25,445 bases of DNA from the NCBI GenBank assembly GCA_033442325.1, contig JAWQFM010000020.1, forward strand, positions 1,091,563 to 1,117,007, read 5' to 3'. The stretch is from Salpingoeca rosetta. Taxonomy: Eukaryota; Protista; Choanoflagellata. Below, one piece after another: positions 18,342 through 25,445 of this stretch (the stretch's first letter is position 1; every line of letters starts with the position of its first letter). A program made the position numbers and the translations under genes. The notes below the pieces were generated by a model, which did no database searches, was not told the origin of the DNA, and saw only the letters and a program-made list of their open reading frames with translations.

Positions 18342-20124
18342 ATGGAGCGCAGTGGGCCGCGAGCCAAGAAGGCAAAGGGGGAGGGCGCCGGGCATCAGGG
18401 GAAAGAGGGGAGGCAGCAACAAGGGGGAGGTAGAGGACAGGGAAGGAGGAAGAAGAAGGAGAAGGAGAAAGAGGAGGGGAAGCAGAAGAAGGAAGGGCGC
18501 GTGTATGATGCCATGTACCGAGATGAGACGTTTCCAATGACAGATGCATCTTGGGCGACGTTTGTGCACACGGCGACGACGCGGTTCAAGCAGGCCACCG
18601 CGCAGCTCGCAGCGAGCACGCACACTCAGCAGTCCAAAGACACGAACGACAAGCACAGCGCGAGCGATGGGGTGCTGCAGCCTGATGTTCCAGCAAACGT
18701 GGATGAGATGTTGAAGCTGGGTGGCGCCGTGCTTGATGTCAAGCCACCACAGCCGTTGCAGCAGCTCACGTCTGGCAACGTCGCTGATGCGTTGAAGGAG
18801 ACCCAACGGTTCCTGTGGAGGCTGCAATACAACCACACAGGCATGCAGTTCTTCCCCGTCAAGAAGTACCTTCCCCTCACCCGTCTCATGGAGGTGAGTG
18901 AGTGTGTGTGTGTGTGTGTGCGTGCGTGTGTGTGTGCGTGTGTGCGTGTGTGTCTGTGTGTGTGTCTGTGTGTGTGTGTGTCTGTGTGTGAATGCGCACT
19001 GGAGGGACATAGATGTACATTACGCGCACGATCAAGTGCTTCCAGTGACAGCCTGCACAAGCGTTGCTGACCCACGCTCCTCTGCTCACGCCCAACTGTC
19101 GCTCCTTTTGCCCTTGACAGCTTGGTCGCCTCATCTGTAGGACATGTCTGCCCATCAAGTGTTTGGAGGCTGTGATCGTTGCCCTCTACCTCTTGCTCCC
19201 CTTTGAGAATGTACGCTGGCACCCTCTGCCGCCTTTCCTTGTCTGCCTGACCCTGCCTCTGTGTCTCTCGCGCCTCGCTTGATCGCCCCACCCACCCTAC
19301 TTTGGCACCACCCCAACCGCTCGCCCTTCACATCCACCCATTCCACGACGTGCAGCTGCACCGGATCCCCATCAGCTTCAAGTCGCGCTTCTGCGGGCAC
19401 ACGTACCAGCACATTGTTCTTGGCGTGCATGTCAACGGCAAGTTTGGTGCGCTTGGTCTCTCCCGTCGCCAGCACCTCATGTACAAGCCCTGTCGCTACA
19501 ACTCCCTCGCAGCCCTCATCCGGGTACTGCACATGTGTGTGTGTTTGTCTTGTGTGCTGTGTTTGTCTTGTGTGCTGTGTGTGTCTTGTGTGCTGTGTGT
19601 GTTTGCGTGTGTCTTGTGTGCTGTGCGTGTGTGTCTTGTGTGCTGTGTGTGTTTGCGTGTGTGTGTGCCTCTGTGCGTGTGTGTGTATCTGCCTGTCCAT
19701 TCGTCATTCCATCTCTCCATCTCTCCATCTCTCCATCTATCCATTTCTCCATTTCTCCATTTCTTCGTCTCCCTGTCTGTCTCTGTCTGTCTCCGTCTCT
19801 GTGTTGGTGCTGGCGTGGTCCGTTCGTCATCCACGGAGCCTAACCCCCGCTCCCCCCGTATCACCGCACCACGTGCTCACTGCTGCAGGAGTACGAGCAG
19901 CGCTATGAGGAAGTTGGTCACACCCTCGTGCGTGTGCGCGTGGGACGCCCCATTCCACCAAGCAGACACAGCACCCAGGCCATTCCCTGGCGACATCTCA
20001 TACTCGTCATGAAGCGGGTGCGTGGACACGCGCGAAGGAGGGGGTTGGGGCTGGGTTTCGTCAACTTGTCAGTCATTCTCGCAAACGAACACACACACAA
20101 TTCACACACACACACACACACACA

Positions 20125-20166
<42 letters not shown>

Positions 20167-20603
20167 ACACACTCACACACACACGCTCACAGTTGGGCGA
20201 GGAGGACCTACGCAGCGCGTGCGAGCGGTACATGCGGCAGTTGCGAACGGGTACAGTTGAGAGCGGCGTGCGTGTGGTACGTGCCTGCAAGCAACGCAGC
20301 AGCAGGAAGCACTCGAGACCAAGTGCTGGGCGGCGGAAGAGGAAAGGTGGACAACAGATGGCAAGTAGGCATGATGATGACGGCGATGATGATGATGATG
20401 ATGATGATGATTATGATGGTGATGATGATGAGGATGAGGATGAGGATGATTATGATGGTGATGATGATGAGGATGAGGATGATAATGACAGTGAGGAGGA
20501 CAGTGCTTATGACAAGTGGGAGGACGCTGATAGTGATGGCGATGGTGATGGTGATGACACCACAACTGCGACGGCACGGCCAGCGTTTGAGATGCGCGTG
20601 TGA
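18342..20603 (+). CDS. VASH1: Vasohibin (tubulinyl-Tyr carboxypeptidase, ~449 aa)
   Basis: Exons 18342-18893, 19121-19210, 19356-19523, 19889-20017, 20193-20603. Motifs LQYNHTGMQFF, LPIKCLEAVI (catalytic Cys), PISFKS, QHIVLGV (His), GALGLSRR (Ser), LMYKP, IPWRH. VASH1 versus VASH2 cannot be resolved. Confidence 0.95.
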
Positions 20604-21332
20604 TGCTCATGCGGTGTGATGCGATGTTTATCGTGTGATGAGTGACTGCAGCCAGTTGTCTGTGTCTTAACCGTATTCGAAACGAAATGAGGCCAAAACG
20701 CCTTGCTGTGCCCGTAACATGAGAGCTTTAATTCCTTCACTCGCAAGGGGCATGAATGTCAACATGTGTGCATGTGTATGTGTGTGCGTGCGTGTGTGTG
20801 CGTGTGCGTGCGTGCGTGCACGTGTGTGTGTGTGTGTGTGATTGAGGGGACAACGGTTCACTTCCGTCATGGCGTGTGTTGCAGATCGCAATGACGGGAG
20901 AAATGGGCGTGTGTGTATTGTTTGGGGCAACAGGACACCAGACAGGGACACGAACCAAAAGAACAAGGGGAGCACAAGGGCTCACCCATCGCAAGGGCAC
21001 ATATGAACAGTGGCGACAGACGACAGGAACGGCGAGGATGGGCACTAGGGACAGCAGCACACGAGCGCAAACGTGTGTGAAGGAGGGAAATAGAAGAGTG
21101 GAAATAAAAGGTGTGAGAGGGCAACAGAGGGGAGAGGTGAGGAGGAAAGGACGGGAGATGAAGGAAAGGACAGGAGGAGAAGGAAGAGCAACGGGCAAGC
21201 ACGACGGAGGCAAATGGCGCCACGTGTGGATGCAACAACGCAAGCAGCGCAACAAAGACACGCCGCGCTGGTACGGTGAGGGGGGGCGGGCAGGCAAGCA
21301 CACCCCCCGCCTAATCTAGGGGCGCCCTGTGT

Positions 21333-22124
21333 TCAGAATGGGACGTGGCGGAAGAGGTAGGAGACGCTCTCGCCGTTGTGTGTGCGGCGAACGGCCTCAG
21401 CAAAGATGGGCGCGACGTTGATCACCTGGATCTTCTCGCACCGCCGGATCTTGTCCTCGTTCGGGCACGTGTTGGTAATCTTTGGGCGTACAAGTGAGTG
21501 AATGAATGAATGTGTGTGCGTGTGTGTGTGTGTATGTGAGTATGTGAGTGCGTGAGTATGTGAGTATGTGAGTGCGTGAGTGCGTGGGTGAGTGTGTGAA
21601 TGAGTGGGTGGAGTGAGTGATTACGTGTACGTGTTGCATAAGGAAGCAAGTACGTGCGTGTGTGTTTGTGTGTGTGTGTTTGTGTACGTACCACGACGGA
21701 ATGGATACGGGAGGCGTTGATCTTCTCGATTGCATCACGCGAAAAGAGGCCGTGCGTCACAATAGCAATCACACGCGACGCCCCGTGCTCAAGCAACCTG
21801 CACACGTGGCAAAACAAGAGGCAAAAAAAAAAAAAAAAAAGGGAGGCGTGTTGGAGGTGGAAGGGAAAATAAAGAGTGTGAGGAAAAAAATTGAGGTGTG
21901 AGAGGTGCCAAATTGTGAGAGCACACTGTACCATTAGCAGCACTCATCAACACGATCAGACCCTGCACCCCTTCCAACTTCTGCGCTGCAGGTATGTGTG
22001 TGCGACGTACTTGTCTGCGGCCTTGACAAGTGTGCCGCATGTGTCCGCAATGTCGTCCACAACAATGCACTCCTTCTCCATCACATCACCAACAAGCGTC
22101 ATGCTTGCAACCTCGTTGGCTTTC

Positions 22125-22218
<94 letters not shown>

Positions 22219-22232
22219 GGTGGTGGTGATGG

Positions 22233-22278
<46 letters not shown>

Positions 22279-23314
22279 GCGCCAAACGTTGGTGAGAAGC
22301 AGGCGACAAAACACAAGGCAATGAACAACAACAATGCCAGGGGTAATGGTGCAGAAACGGGTACAGCTCTGACGACAGTTCACAGTTCGCACCTTGCGCT
22401 CCTTGTGGATGATGGCAAAGCCGGCGTTGAGTTGGTCGGCAATGGAGGTCACGCTGCAGAGGTGGGGGGGGGGGTTATGGTGAGAGGGGGGGGGGTTGAT
22501 GGTGAGAGGGGTGTGATGGCGAGCAACACCGTCAAACCAGCGCACCACGTACAGGCGGGTAGCCACACGCGCACACAGACAGACGGACAGACAAACAGAC
22601 AGACAGACACACAGACAGACACACAGACAGACACACAGACAGACAGGCAGACAGACAGACAGACAGAGAAACACACAGACACAGACACACACACACACAC
22701 ACATACACACATACACACACACAGAAAGACACACATACACACACAGCAGGCGCGCGGGGGCGACCAACCGCTTTGCGCCGCCTGCGTCTGGGGAGACGAT
22801 GACGACATCGTCGATGTTCATGCTGTTCTCGCGGATGTGCTTGATGATGGCGGGCTCTGCATACAGGTTGTCGACCGGCAGGTCAAAGAAGCCCTGGCAG
22901 CCAGGGAAGGTGATGGTAGCGAGAGGGGGAGAGGGAGGGAGGAGGGGAGGACGGATAAGTTCCGCGTGAGTATGTTCAACGTGAGTGTGTTCAACGTGAG
23001 CATGGGTGACGCGCTGGCATGGTGTTGGGAGACAGCACAGCAGCGGCAACCGCGGTACAACACTGTAGAGGGCACTTCGAACCACGTCATGCCACACACA
23101 AGAACACAACAAAAGGCGGTAAGAATTAGAGATGGGGGTGGGGGGTTGGCACCTGGATTTGGGAGGCGTGGAGGTCCATGGTGATGATGTGGTCTGCGCC
23201 AGCGATGGTGAGCATGTTGGCAACGAGCTTGGCGGTGATCGGGGCACGCGACTGCACAGACAACGGGGAACACAGAGGGAGGGAGAGGGAAAGGAGTGCC
23301 ATCGATTCATCAGC

Positions 23315-23360
<46 letters not shown>

Positions 23361-23375
23361 CGTCCATCTCTCTCG

Positions 23376-23410
<35 letters not shown>

Positions 23411-24117
23411 GCTATGCATTTACACGTACATACTGGATCGGAACATCGTGTGCCTCAGTTGCATCCGATTCACACACACACACACACACAAAAAAAAAAG
23501 ATACACACACACACACGCACTGCACCTTGTCCTTCTTGTCCTGGCGGGCGTATGGGTAGATGGGAAGGATGGCGGTGATGCGTTGGGCAGATGCGTACTT
23601 GCAGGCACTGATCTGTTGGTGCGATCAGCCAGGTGGGCCGTGGGAAAGCATGTCAGGGAGACGCAGGAAGAAGTGCGCTTGTGTGTGTGAGATGAACACA
23701 CAACACCCATACACACACACACACATGTACACACACATGTACGCACGCCAGGCGCGGGTTGCGTACCATGATGAGGAGCTCCATGAGGTTGTCGTTGACG
23801 GCGCCAGAGCCGCAGCCGACGATGAACACATCCTCGCCACGCACAGAGACGCCAATTTCAACTCTGCAGGCACAGTGGTCAATCGGCATGAACCGTCAGC
23901 GATGAGCAGGAAGCAGATGACTGCAAAAACTAAACACATGACGCATGAGGCACTGCTTGCCGAGCAAGCAAGCACCCACCCACGATGTGTGGGCGGGGAT
24001 ATCATTCAGCTTACGCAGTCTCGCCGTTGGCAAACTTCTTCACGGTGGTTGGCTCCAGATCCAGACCAAGGCGGTCGCAGATGGCCTTTGCCAGGTGGGC
24101 GTTCTCCGTGCCTGACA

Positions 24118-24179
<62 letters not shown>

Positions 24180-24361
24180 AACAGTGAGCCAAGTAAGTGC
24201 GTTTGGAAGATACGCACAGAAGGTTACATGCAAGCAAACACAAATACATGCGCATACGTAGACACAACAGCAGCCACACACGCCCACATCAACACCAGCG
24301 TTTCATGGTTCATGAAAACCAAACACTCACCGCTGAGAACTCTGACGTTGCCTGTTGCCAT
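21333..24361 (-). CDS. PRPS1: Ribose-phosphate pyrophosphokinase (PRPP synthetase, class I), ~320 aa
   Basis: Exons 24361-24331, 24111-24015, 23863-23767, 23612-23526, 23251-23153, 22893-22769, 22453-22393, 22123-22011, 21797-21692, 21479-21333. Motifs [82 protein letters not shown]. Confidence 0.97.
22125..22279. repeat. (TTG)n/(GTG)n trinucleotide tract abutting a PRPS splice acceptor
   Basis: Seen directly; on the sense strand (CAA)n runs straight into CAG|AAAGCC. Confidence 0.95.
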
Positions 24362-24997
24362 TGTTGTGGTTGTTGGTTGATTAAAACGCGGGGTTGGTTG
24401 TAGTTGTTGCCGTCGTGTGTCGGTGCAGGGCTGCGAGCTATCTAGTGAAGCAGGTGACTGGTCAGCGAGAGGAGAAACAGGAGAGCTGCACTAATGTTCT
24501 GAGATGCGGCGTGGACGACGTGTGGCGTGGGCGTTGTTTGACAACAATGGTGATGGTGGTGATGACGGTGGTGCTTCGTGCTTGGTGGGGGGCACAAGGT
24601 CTGCCAAAGCCAAAGCCAAAGCCAATCCACGTGTGTTGTGCTGCTGCTGCTGCTGTTGTTTGGGCTTTCGCAAGCGCTCTGTGATTTTGTTCGCTGGTGG
24701 TGGTTGGGCGCGAATTGCAATTGGCAACGGCGGCGGGACAGGATGCAATTGGCAAAACCACACCCGGACACGACACAGGGAGCTGAAGTTGTTGTTGTGT
24801 GGTTGATGGATGTGTTGAGCGTTCTGTGCAGCAGCAGCGACGACCTGCGAGTGAGTGAGTGCGAGTGAGTGAGTGTGAGTGCGTTGGCAGGTTGAGTAGC
24901 AGCAACAAACAACAACAACCAGCAACAACAACAACAACAACCAGCAACAACAGCCAGCAACAAGACACGGGCTAAAGCAAGGCAGTCTCTCGTTGAC

Positions 24998-25220
24998 ATG
25001 GGCAAGGCAGCGATACCGATGATGACGGCAACGACCACGTTGCTGCTCGTCATGGCAGTTGCCGGCACCTGCTGCTGCGTCTTGCTATCATCCACAGCAG
25101 TGGCTGGGGAGGAGATGTGCACGCACCATGACGCCGGTTCACATGCACAGGAAGGAAACAAAGGCGCAGAAGCACAGGGCTCCTCGTGCGGTTGCGGCAG
25201 CTTAAGCAGAAATACAGCAA
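24998..25220 (+). CDS. SUMF1: First exon of a secretory protein, probably SUMF1/formylglycine-generating enzyme; partial, continues beyond the window
   Basis: MGKAAIPMMTATTTLLLVMAVAGTCCCVLLSSTAVAGEE...GSSCGCGSLSRNTA then a perfect A|GTAAGT donor followed by (GT)n. Signal peptide plus GSSCGCG resembles the recalled SUMF1 N-terminal GSCGCG motif. The catalytic domain is not in the window. Confidence 0.5.
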
Positions 25221-25228
25221 GTAAGTGG

Positions 25229-25306
<78 letters not shown>

Positions 25307-25445
25307 GTTTGTGTGCGTTTGCGTGTGCGTGTACAGTTGTGTAGTCGGATTCGTGTTCTGTGGGGTTGTTCTTGTGCTTGTTCTTGTGTTTTTGCTTGTG
25401 TGCATGACACATGGAAGCGGGAGTGGGGGCTTCACGCACGCGCAA

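Noticed and set aside
20876-21319. 147-aa purine-rich ORF between vasohibin and PRPS
   Set aside because: No recognisable motif; it is the antisense of the pyrimidine-rich PRPS 3'UTR.
21333-24361. Non-catalytic PRPSAP
   Set aside because: The catalytic loop (IHKERKKANEV) and PRPP-binding motif are intact, with no PRPSAP-type insertion.
24442-25410. 322-aa minus-strand ORF upstream of PRPS
   Set aside because: It is low-complexity, contains repeats and overlaps antisense to a better-supported plus-strand exon; PRPS has its own ATG at 24361.

Overview
Eukaryotic, intron-rich genomic DNA saturated with (CA/GT)n microsatellites, with one 100-N assembly gap. Composition and gene content suggest a choanoflagellate such as Salpingoeca rosetta; this is inferred, not proven. 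Most ORFs on the supplied track are microsatellite artefacts, so I rebuilt genes by hand from GT-AG splice sites and frame continuity. In order: (1) the 5' end of a small minus-strand gene; (2) tRNA-Arg(CCG); (3) a 13-exon, ~1026-aa receptor with signal peptide, extracellular perforin-like C2 domain, ~10 stabilin-type EGF repeats, Thr stalk, TM helix and a kinase-less tail with 18 Tyr; (4) a stand-alone 99-aa microprotein resembling the SLC35A4 uORF product/STMP1 family; (5) a 22-exon, ~1232-aa ELKS/ERC/CAST (presynaptic active-zone scaffold) homologue ending in two FIP-RBD-like motifs; (6) IAH1 GDSL esterase, head-to-head with (7) vasohibin (tubulin detyrosinase) bearing a long acidic tail; (8) class I PRPS; and (9) the first exon of a probable SUMF1/FGE. 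The main findings are the ELKS homologue, the SLC35A4-MP-like microprotein, the C2-EGF-TM receptor, and a 5'-GU/3'-CA polarity of intronic repeats. All comparisons with human proteins are from memory and need database confirmation.
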